From positions 1,446,927-1,510,926 of the forward strand of contig NC_057758.1 of the NCBI RefSeq assembly GCF_004010195.1: 64,000 nt of DNA, in the 5' to 3' direction. The notes under the pieces are model-generated. The model was not told where the DNA came from. It made no database searches and saw only the letters and a list, made by a program, of their open reading frames with translations. Shown piece after piece: positions 25,871 through 37,934 of this stretch; the stretch's first letter is position 1; each line of letters opens with the position of its first letter. A program made the position numbers and the translations under genes. The stretch is from Chiloscyllium plagiosum (taxonomy: Eukaryota).

Positions 25871-26995
25871 TCTCACTCAAACACGACCTGATCAGGTGTC
25901 CTCCAGAACGCTGTGGGAAATTAGGAAAGTGATTGTTGGGCCTCTTACTGAGATAGTTGTATCATTGATAGTCACAAGTGAGGTGCCTGGAGACTGGAGG
26001 TTGGCTAAGGTGGTGCCACTGTTTAAGAAAGGTGGTAAAGACAAGCCAGGGAATTATAGACCAGTGAGCCTGACGTCGGTGGTGGGCAAGTTGTTGGAGG
26101 GAATCCTGAGCGACAGAATGTACGTAAAGGCAAGGACTGATTAAGGATAGTCAACATCGATTTGTGCGTGGGAAATCATGCCTCACAAATTTGATTGAGG
26201 TTTTTGAAGAAGTAACAAAGGGGATTGATGAGGGCAGAGCGGTAGATGTGATCTATAGTAAGGTGTTCGCTCTGGGAGACTGGTTATCAAGGTTAGATCT
26301 CATGGAATACAAAGAGAACTAGCCATTTGGATACAGAACTTGCACAAAGGCAGAAGAGAGAGGGTGCTGTTGGTGGAGGGTTGGAGGGTTGTTTTTCAGA
26401 CTGGAGGCCTGTGACCAGTGGAGTGCCTCAAGAATCGGTGCTAGCTCCACTACTTTTAATCATTTATATACATGATGTGGATGTGACCATAAGAGGTATA
26501 GTTAGTAAGTTTGCAGATGACAGCAAAATTGGAGGTGTAGTGGACAATGAAGGTTACCTTAGATTACAACGGGATCTTGTATTGTGTGCAATTATGGTCT
26601 CCTTCCTATCGGAAAGATGTTGTGAAACGTAAAATGGTTCAGAAACGATTTACAAGAATTTTGCCAGCGTTGGACAATTTGAGCTGTAAGGAGAGGTCGA
26701 ATAGGCTGGACTGTTTTCCCTGGAGTGTCAGGGGCTGAGGGGTAACCTTACAGTTGTTTATAAAATCATGAGGGGCATGGATTGGATAAATAGCCAAAGA
26801 CTTTTTCCCTGGGATGGGGGAGTCCAGAACTAGAGGTTTAGGGTGAGAGAGGAATGATATAAAACGGACCTAAGGGGCAACACTTTCATGCAGAGAGTGG
26901 TGCGTGTATGGAATGAGCTGCCAGAGGAAATGGCAATGGCTTTGACCGAAGGGTCTGTTTCCGTCATGTATATCTCTATGACTCTATGACTATTT
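25865..26995 (+). mobile_element. CR1 LINE RT and 3' end with internal deletions
   Basis: PGNYRPVSLTSVVGKLLE and FADDSKIGG motifs. Confidence 0.9.
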
Positions 26996-26999
26996 TAAC

Positions 27000-29900
27000 C
27001 TCAGAACCTGCAAAAACTGTTCCTGGCCGTGCTCTACACATGTCTCCCAAATGGCCACAACATCGAAGTCTCAGGTACCAACCCATGCTGCAAGTTCACC
27101 TACCTTATTCTGGATGCTCCTGGCATTGAAGTAGACAGACTGTAAACTACGTTCCTGACAGCTGGTGCACTTCTGCAACCTTTAAGTCTTACTCATGACA
27201 TCACTACTCCCAAACTCCTGTACACTGGAGTTATAATTCAGGTTCCTATCTTCCAGACGAATTAGTTTAAATTCTCCTGAAGAGCATTAGCAAATTTATC
27301 CCCAAGGATATTGGCACCCCTCTGGTTCAGAAGTAGACCATTCCGTTTGTAGAGGTCCCACCTACCCCAGAATGAGACCCAATTATCCAGGTATCTGAAT
27401 CCCTCCCTTCTCCACCATCCCTGTAGACACGTATTAAACTGCTCTCTCTCCCTATTCTTCGCCTCGCTAGCACGTAGCACGGGTAACAAACCAGAAATAG
27501 CAACTCTGTTTATGCGAGTTCTAAGCTTCCACCCTAGGTCCTTGAATTTCTGTCTTGCATCTCCATGCCTCTTCCTAACTATGACGTTGGTGCCTACTTG
27601 GACCACGATTGGGGCTGCTTCCCATTCCCCTTAAGGATTCCGAAAACATGATCCAAGATCTCACGAACCCTGTCACCTGGGAGGCAACACGCCAACTTCG
27701 AGTCTCTTTAATTCCCACAGAGTCCCCTGTCTTTTCCCCTAACTATGGATACCTAAATGACTAATACTCTCGCCCTCTCACTGCTTCCCTTCTGAGCAAC
27801 AGGGACAGGGACTTTGCCAGAGACTTTTGCCCCGTGGCTTATCCCTGGCCTTGTTAGTCAAGGATAGTATAATGGTGTGTAAGAGAACTTTTGACGAGAA
27901 CTCGCCTACTGAGGGAGTGTGGGCTGAGGTTGAAACAGGAGGGCAGCGGTCACACTGCTTGGTGTTTTTTATAGGCCTCCACAGAGTTCCAGGGAGGTGT
28001 AAGAGAGTAATTAGCAAACTTTATTCTGGGTAGGAGTGAAAGGAACAGGTTGGTCATTATGGGGGCTTTAACTTCCCAAACGTTGACTGGAAATGCTATA
28101 ATTCTAGTACGTCGAATGGATCAGTTTTTGTCCAATGTGTACAGAAGGGTTTCCTGACACAGTATGTCGAAGGGCAACAAGAGGGGAGGCCACATTGGAT
28201 CTGGAAGTTGGTAATGAACAGGCCAGGTGTTTGATTTAGTTGTAGGTGAGCACTTTGGAGACAGTGACCATAATTCAGTTACGTTTAGTTTAGTGATGGA
28301 AAGGGATAGGTACATGCCACAGGTCAAGAGTTATCAATGAACCAAGGGCAATTATAATACGATCAGGCAAGAATTAGGATGCATAGAATGCGGTAGGAAA
28401 ATGCAAGGGATACAGACCATGGAAATGTGGAGCTGATTTAAGGAACAGATATTGCGTATTCTTGATAAATATGTCCCTGTCAGGTAGGGAGGGAGTGATA
28501 AGGTAAGAGAACCGTGGTTTATTACAGAAGTTGCATCTCTTGTTAAGCAGAAGAAGGAGGCTTATGTATTGATGAGGCAAGATGGTTCAGTTAAGGTGAT
28601 GGAGAATTACAGATCAGCTAGGAAGAATTTAAAGAAAGAGTTAAGAAGAGCAAAGAGAGGACACAAGCAGTCTTTAGCAGTCGTCATTTTCTACAGGTTC
28701 AATACCAGAGGACTGGAGGATTGCAGATGTTGTGCCCTTGTTCAAGAAGGGCAGTAGAGATGACCCAGGTAATTATAGACCAGTGAGCCTTACTTCTGTT
28801 GTAGGAAAGGGTTTGGAAAGGAGTATAAGAGATTAGATTTTTAATCATCTAGCAAGCAACAATTTGATTTCAAATAGGCAACATGGTCTTGACAAGGGCA
28901 GGTCGTGTCTCACAAACCTCATTGAGTTTTTTGAGAAGATGACCAAGCATGTAGATGAGGGTAAGGCAGTTGATGTGGTATACATGGGCTTCACAGCCTA
29001 ACTTTAACAGCCTTTGTTAAAGTTAGGCTGTTGGAGAAAATGCAGAGGCATGGAATTGAGAGTGATTTAGTAGTTTGGATTAGAAACTTCCTTTCTGAAA
29101 GACGGCAGCGAATGGTGGTTGATGGAAAATATTCAGGCTGGAGTACGGATACTAGAGGTGTGCCACAAGGATCTGTTTCGGGACTACTGCTGTTTGTCAT
29201 TTTTATAAATGACTTAGACACAGGCATAGGTGGACACTAAAGTCGATGGAGTAGTGGACAGTTTGGAAGATTGTTACAGGTTGCAGTGGGACTTGGATAA
29301 ACTGCAGAATTGGGCTGAGTGGTGGCAAATGGAGTTCAATGCAGCTAATTGTGAGGTGATGCGCTTTAGGAAGAATAACAGGAAGGCAAAGTACTGGGTC
29401 AATGGAAAGATTCTTGGTAGTGTGGATATGCAGAGGGCCCTGGAGTCCATGTACATAGATCCCTGAAAGTTGCCACCGAGGTTGATAGCGTTGTTCAGAA
29501 GGCATGCGGTGTGTAAGGTTTAATTTGTAGAAGGATTGAATTTCGGAGCTGCAATACCATGCTGCAACTGTACAAAATGCCCTTGAGGCCACACTTGGAA
29601 TATTGGTCGCCATATTTCGGAAGGATGTGGAAGCATTGGAAAAGGTGCAGAGGAGATTTACCAGGATGTTGCCTAGATTTACCAGGATGTTGCCTGGTCT
29701 GGAGGGAAGGTCTTATGAGGAAAGACTGAGAGACTTCTGCCTGTTCTCATTGGAAAGAAAACGGCTAAGAGGGGATTTGATAGAGACATACAAGATGATC
29801 AGAGGATTAGGAAGGGTAGACAGTCAAAGTCTTTTTTCCTAGGATGATGATGTCAGCTTGTACGAGGGGGGCATAAATACAAATTGAGGGGTCATAGATT

Positions 29901-30720
29901 TAAGACAGATGTCAGAGGCAGGTTCTTTACGCAGAACGTGGTAAGGACGTGGAATGCTCTATCTGCCAACGTCGTCAACTCAGCCATATTAGGGAGATTT
30001 AAACAATCTTTATATAAGCACATGGATGATGATGGGATAGTGTAGGGGGACGAGCTGAGAATAGTTCACAGGTCGGCGCAACATCGAGGGCTTAAAGGGC
30101 CTGTTCTGTGTTATATTATTCTATATTCTATGTTCTCAGCTTCCCCGAACTGTATCCAAAGTGGTATCCACGTAATTGACGGGAATGGCCTCAGGGAATC
30201 CCTGCACCGTCTGTCGGTTCCCTTTCTGTCCAACTACCTTTTCCCTGTACCTGAGGTGTGACTACCTCCCTGTAACTCCTTGCAATTACCCCCTCTTATT
30301 TCCGAATGGTCCAAAGTTCATCCAGTTCCAGCTCCAGTTCCCTAATATGGTTTCTAGGAGCTGGAGTTGTGTGCACTTCCTACAGATGACGTCAGCGGGG
30401 ACACTAGTGGTGATCTTTACCTCCCACATTCTACAGCAGGAGTATTAAACTGCTGTACCATCCTTGGCAAAAGTGAGGACTGCAAATGTTGGAGATTAGA
30501 GTCGAGAGTTTGATGCTGGAAACGCTCAGTAGGTCAGGTAACATCTGAGGAGCAGGAAAATCGATGTTTCGAGCAAAAGCCCTTCATCAGGAAGTGCTAC
30601 CATCCATTCCCACCGTTCTGAGTTCCCAAACAGACTATATAAAAAGAAACAAGTAACCTTACCAAATTGGCACTCAGAAACGTTTTGCTTTCGTTAGAGG
30701 ATGGGTGGAAGACACTACCT
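27000..30720 (-). mobile_element. CR1 ORF1 (SGNH esterase at 27262-27606; Cys-rich N-terminus at about 30137-30450), split by a plus-strand CR1
   Basis: VGTN...ISGLLPV...FWGRWDLYKRNGLLLN esterase motifs; CCRMWE...ICRKCTQL at the N-terminus. Confidence 0.8.
27830..30136 (+). mobile_element. CR1 LINE ORF2, degenerate
   Basis: HFGDSDHNS, GVPQGSVSG and WQMEFNAANCEV motifs; TTCTATGTTCT tail. Confidence 0.9.
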
Positions 30721-30904
30721 CAGTCCTGTTTTAGGTAAAGCAACCACCCAAACATATTACCTCATTTACTCAGCTCCTATTAAGCCCCACTCCGCTTATT
30801 CACGAGGTAAGTTTTTTAACCAATTAATTTAGCTTCGCGCAGCCCCCTGGTCTTTGCTCTCACTATTCCCACCGCTCCTGCAATAATACATTGTCTGGGC
30901 TGAG

Positions 30905-31240
30905 ATTTCACTTTTTTATATATAAAACCTTCAATTATCTCGGGAATATGACTTGAACGAAGTTCTGGGATTTTCATATTGATGAATCGAATCTTGCAAT
31001 CCATTCTAAAAACTGAAAGACTTAACAGCCATCTAGATTTGTTCAATATATCACATTAGTTGTATGGCATGGTGATCTTTTGCTATAAATTCCGTGTCTT
31101 ATGACCCTGTCCCACTAGCTGACTGATGGAGGAACAGTCGTCTGAAATCTAGTATATGCAAATAAACACGTTGGACAACCTGGTGTTGTGTGAGTTCTAA
31201 TTCGGCACACCAGTCCAACACCAGCACCTCCACATCATGA
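30905..31240 (+). mobile_element. Penelope-like terminal fragment
   Basis: Similar to the right arm of 35496-36318 (...CAACCTGGTGTTGTGTGA...CCAGTCCAACACC). Confidence 0.6.
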
Positions 31241-31576
31241 ATTAGAAATACGTCAGTGCTCCTTTAGAGTCATTGAGTCAAACCCATGAAACTCCCTCCT
31301 TTTCATCATTTTGGGACTACCGAACCAAAATTCAAACAGGCAGTTCACTATCATAAGAACTGTTGAACTCGGAGCAGGAGTCTGTCATTTGACCTTTTGA
31401 ACTTTCTCCAATATTCAGTAAGATCATGGCCGATTTCGATGTGGCCTCAGCTCCACTTACCCACCCTCATCCTTGATTCCTTCATTTTACAAAACAAATC
31501 TATCCGAGCTCTAGAAAACATTTATTGATGGGCAATGAACACTGACCCAGCCATCAATTGACACATCCTATCTGTA

Positions 31577-31617
<41 letters not shown>
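31577..31617 (+). repeat. (AAT)n microsatellite
   Basis: Direct observation. Confidence 0.95.
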
Positions 31618-31619
<2 letters not shown>

Positions 31620-31814
31620 CCATAATAATAAAGTAGCTGTTGAATCAATTGGGAAAGACAGAATCAAACAGCTTCAGAAGACAATTCTGCATCCAGTATC
31701 TGGAAATAAGCAGAGACTAAGATGTTGTTATTAATTCTGACATTCAAAATAAGCAGCTGACCAAAGCCATGCAGACTGGATTGAGCATATTCTGCAAACA
31801 TCAGCTGTCGTGGT

Positions 31815-32060
31815 TTAGATTAGATTCCTTATAGCGTGGAAGCTCACCATTTGGCGCAACAAGTCCACACCCCCTGACTAATGCACCTAACACTGTGGGC
31901 AATGCAGCAAGGTCAATCCACCTAATCTGTGCGAGGAAACTTATGCAGAAACGGGGAGAATGTGCAAACTCCACAGAGGCAGTTGCCCGAGGCGTGAATC
32001 AAACTTGGGTCCCTGGTGCTATGAGACAGCAGTTCTAACCACTGAGCCACCACGTAGCCT
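31815..32060 (-). mobile_element. HE1-type SINE (internally deleted)
   Basis: CTAACCACTGAGCCACC head on the reverse strand. Confidence 0.8.
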
Positions 32061-32739
32061 ATGGCACTCATGGAATTTAGGTTGGATATGTCACTGCTGG
32101 CAGGAGATCAGATCTGCTCCTGGAAGGAGAGATTAACCTTCCGATGCGGAATACAGCATTTAAAGGATTTCATGACTCAGAATGATCACTAAAATCTGAA
32201 TGAACTTTTGTTAAACATCCCTGTCTTGTTTATTCTCCTTCCTGATTATCTTGGAAAATGAGTATCTAAAAGTTACCATTGTGGTTCAGAATGGTTCTTC
32301 CCAAAGTGGAGATTGGGATCCCAAATGTGATTGGGGCTGTGAGCTCCAAAGCAACATTGATTGCTGTGCACTTCGACCAGGTGGTAACTACTGAACTCAG
32401 GCAGATGGGCACCACCACCATGACTACCCATGTAGCTTTAGTAATGTAATCAACTAACATCGTCTTTATGTGTGCCTCCTTTTGTTTCTCTAATTCTCCT
32501 TCTCTCGGGTTCACTTTTGCAGTCAGGTTTTGTCCTCTTCAATATCTGCGAGGAGAAAGTGAGGGCTGCAGATGCTGGAGATCAGAGCTGAAAATGTGTT
32601 GCTGGAAAAGCGCAGCAGGTCAGGCAGCATCCAAGGAACAGGAGAATCGACGTTTCGGGCATAAGCCCTTTCCTCAAGAAGGGCTTAACTCAATTTAACA
32701 AGCGCTTTTTCAAGAACGGGGGCCTTTAAAATCAAATCA

Positions 32740-34900
32740 ATTAGAGTCATAGAGATGTACAGCATGGAAACAAACTCTTCAGTCCAACCTTTCCATGCCA
32801 ACCAGATATCCTAAATTAATCTAGTCCCATTTGCCAGCACTTGGCCTGTACCCCTCAAAACCCTTCCTATTCATATACCCATCCAGATACGTTTTAAATG
32901 TTGTCATTATACCAGCCTCCACCACTGCCTCTGCGAGTTCATTCCATACATGCACCACCGTATGAGTGAAAACGTTGCTCCTCAGGTCCATTTTAAATCT
33001 TTCCTCTTTCACCATAAACCTATGTCCTCTATTTCTGGACTTCCCCAGACTGGAGAAAATACCTTGTCTATTTACCCTGCATGATTTTCTAAACCTCTAT
33101 AAGGTCACACCTCATAAGGACACTCCAGGGAAAACAGCCCCAAAATATTCAACTTCTGCCTGTAACTCAAATCATCCAACAAAGAACAAAGAAAATTACA
33201 GCACAGGAACAGGCCCTTCGGCCCTCCACCAATCACGATCCTCAATCTAAACCTTCCACCAATGTTCTCAGGATCTGTATCCCACTGCTCCCTGCCCATT
33301 CATGTATCTGTCTAGATACATCTTACATGACACTACAGTGTCCATCTCTACCACCTCTGCTGGCAATGCATTCCAAGCACCCACCACCTTCTGCATAAAG
33401 AACTATCCTTAAACCTTTCCCCCTCACCTTGAAATTGTGACTCCACTAATTGACTCCCCCACTTTGGGAAAAATAGCTTCTTGCTATCCACACTGTCTTT
33501 ACGTGTTATGATTTTGTAGAACTCAATCATGTTCCACCCCCCTCAAAATCTTCTTTCTAATGAAAATAATCCTAACCTACTTAACCTCTCTTCAAACTAG
33601 CGCTCTGCATACCAATCAATATCCTGCGAACCTCCTCTGAATTGTCTCCAATGCATTCATATCCTTTGGTAAACTGGCCACTCATGCTGTTAAGAAGGTT
33701 GTTAAGAAGGCATTCGGTGTGTTAGCTTTTTATTGGTAGAGTGTTTGAGTTTTGGAACCATGAGGTCATGTTGCAGATGTACAAAACTCTCTTGCAGCTG
33801 CACTTGGAGTATTGCATACAAATCTGGTCACCATATTATAGGAAGATTACATTTTTTTTACATTACATTACAGTATATGGAAGGATATGGAAGCTTTGGA
33901 AATGATTCAGTGAAGATTAACTAGGATGTTGTCTGGTTTGGAGGGAAGGTCTTATGGGGAAAGGCTGAGGGAAATGAAGCTTTGGAGAGAAGAAGGGTGA
34001 GAGGTGACTTAATTGAGACATATAAGATAATCAGAGGGTTAGATAGGGTGGACAGTAAGACCCTGGTTCCTGATGGCTAGCTCAAGGGAACATAGCTTTA
34101 AAATGAGGAGTGGTAGATATAGGACAGATGTCAGAGGTACTTTCTTTATTCAGAGGGTAGTAGGGGCATGGAATGCACAGCCTGCAACAATAGTAGACTC
34201 GCCAACTTTATGGTGGTCGAACGTGTGGTGCTGGAAAAGACTGTAGGTAAGGCAGCACTCAAGGAGCAGGAGAATCGATGTTTCAGGCAAGAGCCCTTCA
34301 TCAGGAAACTTTAATGCCATTTAAATGTCCATTGGATAGTTAAAAATACAAAAATAGAATTGTGTAGTTTAGGTGGACTTCAGATTGGTTTCACAGTTTG
34401 GCGCAACATCGAGGGCCAACGGTCCTGTGCTGCACTGTAATGTTCTATGTTCCATGTTCTCGAACTATATGCAATATTCCAAATGTTGCCAAACCAAAGT
34501 CCTATTTAACTGCAACACGACCTGCCAACTCTTATACTCAACACCCCATCCAATGAAGGAAAGCATGCCATATGCCTTCTGGTCCATTCTATCGACCTGC
34601 AATGCCAACTTCAGGGTACAATTGACCTGAACACCCAGATGTCTGTACATCAATTTTCCCCGAGGATTTTCCATTTATCGTATAGTTCGCTCTTGAGCTG
34701 GATCTTCAATTACCCTGTAAAACCAATATCCAAACATGACCACTGTAGTTGCCCGGATTGAACTCCATCTGCCATTTCTTCGCCCCACTCTCCAATCTAT
34801 CTACATTCTGCTGCATTCTCTAACAGTTCCCTTCTCTATCTGCTACTCCACCAATCTTCGTGTCATCTGCAAACTGCAACCCTTGTAAATCTTTTCTGAA
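32740..34900. mobile_element. Three nested CR1 fragments (-, -, and + at about 33673-34460)
   Basis: Multiple CR1 3' tails and RT motifs in both orientations. Confidence 0.8.
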
Positions 34901-34959
34901 CCCTTTCAAGTTTCACAAAATGACGACTCATATAATTTCAGCCACATTGAGGTACGACT

Positions 34960-35277
34960 GCCCGTAGCATTTCCAATGTCCATCCTTTTCGCACAATGCT
35001 GCAGATTCGTCTGCCACTGGGCATTCGCGGCTGGACGTATCCACAAAGCACGATGCCTTGGAAAGCACTCGATCCGCCGCCTCAGGCGGGCGGCTAAAGA
35101 AAGGTGTCCGCGTACGCCTGAGGCGGTGCCACAGTTGATGCGTATCATCGCTGTCCAATGGGAAACCACGGAAGACCGGAAGCGGGTTGGACCTCCAGCC
35201 AATCAGAGCTCCCAGTGCCTGAATGCGGAAGTTAGACGATGCGCTGATGAAGCTGTTCATTTTTGCCTGGAGTAAGT
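34960..35277 (+). promoter_or_regulatory. CpG-rich promoter and non-coding first exon, probably of the ZNF gene
   Basis: High CpG density, two CCAAT boxes, ETS-type ACCGGAAGCG and GCGGAAGT, paired GCCTCAGGC/GCCTGAGGC, donor GGA|GTAAGT at 35271/35272. Confidence 0.7.
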
Positions 35278-35495
35278 TGCTGCTCCTCATCTTTGTCTGA
35301 ATGAAGGCTGAGCTTTCCTCAGACTGAAACATCCTACCCTCTGAAAACATCCGTGAGCATTACACTGTTTTATTTTCAGTTCCTTTCTCGTTCGGGGTTA
35401 AATTGTTGACTCGCAAGAATTGAACAATAGGGAAGTGAATCCAGGGAAGGGCCAGATTCGGGAAAGGTAGGCCCAAGATTTCCACTCTCTTGAAA

Positions 35496-36318
35496 TGTGG
35501 AGGAGCCGGTGTTGGACTGGGGTGGACTAAGTTAAAGATCACACAACACCAGGTTACAGTCCTGCAGGTTTATTTGGAAGCACTAGCTTTCAGAGCAGGT
35601 AGCTGTGGAGCAAAATCGCATGACACAGAATTTATAGCAAAAAGATCTCAGTGTCATGCAACTGATATGATGTATTGAACTACCCTAGATTGTTGTTAAC
35701 TTTCATCTTTTGGAATGAGTTGCCGGTTTCGGTTCATTAATATGTAAATCCCAGAACTTCTTTTAAATCACATTCTTAAGATAATAAGGTTTTATAATTT
35801 AAAAAGTGACATCTCAGCTCAGACGGTGCACTAAAAGTGTGAGGTTCAGTCTGTCTGTATTTCAGTCTTGAGTCAGACTGGTTCTATTTTTGTTCAAAAA
35901 AGCACAATCTGCAGGTGGTCAGTCCAAATATCATTTTATAAATTCCTACTTTGGAAATAGAACCAGTCTGATTCAAGATTGGAATACAGACAACTCAAAC
36001 CTCACATCTTTAATACATTGTCTTTTTTTAATTAAAAACAACCTGAAGCTATCTCAGGAATGTGACTTGGAAGATGTTCTGGTATTTACATTTAATGAAT
36101 CAAAGCCTGCAGCATATTCTAAAATATTGAAAGACGTAAGAGCAGTCTAGGTTTGTTCAATATATCATTTTAATTGCATGACACTGTGATCTTTTGCTGC
36201 AAGTTCTGTGTCTGATGATCCTGCCCCACTAGTTACCTGATGAAGGAGCAGCGCTCTGAAAGCTAGTACTTCCAAATAAACCTGTTGGCCTATAACCTAG
36301 TGTTGTGTGATTTTTAAC
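35496..36318. mobile_element. Penelope-derived element with long inverted terminal arms
   Basis: ATCACACAACACCAGGTTA...TAACCTAGTGTTGTGTGAT inverted arms; CTGATGAAGGAGCAGCGCTCTGAAA motif at about 36237. Confidence 0.75.
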
Positions 36319-36459
36319 TCTTAAAATCTTTCACTCCCTCAGCCTGACACCTGGTGAACAGAATGACATATTTCTTAATGTTCATAAGTAGAAGGTGTGA
36401 TTTCCAAGTAAGGGCTGACATGTGATGAGGAAGTACATTAATATAGGATTGAGATATAA

Positions 36460-36785
36460 TCATAGAATCCCTGCAGTGTGGAAACTGACCATCAGGCCCG
36501 ACAGGTTCACACTGAACCTCTGAAAAGTAACCCACCCAGAGTCATTCCCCTACCCTACATTTGCTCCTGACTAACTTACACTACGGGCAATTTACCATAG
36601 CCAATTCATCTACCCTGCACATCCTTGGATTGTGGGAGGAAATGGGAGCACCCGGAGCAAACCCACGCAGACCTGGGGAGAATGTGCAAACTCCACACAG
36701 ACAATTGCCTGAGGCCTGGAGTTGAATCTGGGTCCCTCGTGCTATGAGGCAGCAGTGTTAACCATTGAGCGATTGTGCCACACAT
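36460..36785 (-). mobile_element. HE1-type SINE
   Basis: Full head-body-tail pattern on the reverse strand. Confidence 0.85.
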
Positions 36786-37187
36786 AGTCATGGAGAAAGT
36801 GAGGACTGCAGATGCTGGAGATCAGAGCTGAAAGTGTGTTGCTGGAAAAGCTCAGCAGGTCAGGCAGCATCCAAGGAACAGGAAAATCGACGTTTCGGAC
36901 ATAAGCCCTTCTTCAGAATTCCTGAATATATTTGATACCAGCATGCTATTGTACCATTCACATGTTGTTTCCAGTCTTGAATGAGAGAATTGCTGTGAAA
37001 TTCTATATTACAGTGATGGACTCATGGCATAAGAATCCATTCAGCAATTTATATCTGCGACAACTCTCTAGCAATCCAGTCACTCTTTATTTCTCTTGAT
37101 ATATTTGACATACAGCAGGTTCATTTCCCTCAAATGCCTACCCCATTTTATTTTGAAATCTTAGTTTTAGAATCTTAGAATCTTAGT

Positions 37188-37500
37188 GGGGCGGTACGGT
37201 GGCTCAGTGGTTAGTAATACTGCCTCACACCACCAGGGTCCTGAGTTCGATTCCAGCTTTGGGCCACTGTCTGTGTGATGTTTGCATGTTCTCCCCTTGT
37301 CTGCGTGGGTTTCCTCCAGGTGCTCCGGTTTCCTCCCACAGTCCAACGATGTGCAAGTCAGGTGAATTGACCATGCTAAATTGCCTGTAGTGTTAGGTGC
37401 GTTAGTCAGGGGTTAATATAGGGGAATGGATCAACGTGGGTTGCTCCTCAGAGGGTCGGTGTGGACTTGTTGGGCCGAAGGGCCTGTTTCCACACTAATT
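37188..37500 (+). mobile_element. HE1-type SINE
   Basis: GGGGCGGTACGGTGGCTCAGTGGTTAG head and GAGTTCGATTCC B box. Confidence 0.9.
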
Positions 37501-37934
37501 TCTCTAATGTTTTAGAATTAGAATTCCTACAGTGTGGGTAGGTGGGCTCATCACTCCTGAAATATCCACTATACACCTGCTTAAAACAACGAGCAAAGTT
37601 AGAATCATAGAATCCCTACAATGTGGAAACAGGCCCTTTGGCCCGACAAGTCCACACTGACCCTCCAAAGAGTAAACAACCCAGACCTGTTCCCTATCCC
37701 ATATTTGCCCCTGACTCATGCACCTAACCGACACATCCCTGAAGACTGTCAGCATAAATCCTGTCAATTTTGAGTCAGTTGTTTGAAATAATTCTTGTCA
37801 CTTTCTCATATGTCGAGCATTCCAGGTTGTGACCAATTGCTGCCTAACATTCTTCCTTACACCCTGTTGTGTCATTAATCAAGTGTTTCAATCCTGTTAA
37901 TTCAAATATTTTTCAACTTGTAATATATCATAAA

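Noticed and set aside
34906..35350. Overlapping 98-140 aa ORFs on both strands
   Set aside because: Expected in GC-rich promoter DNA; no protein motifs.
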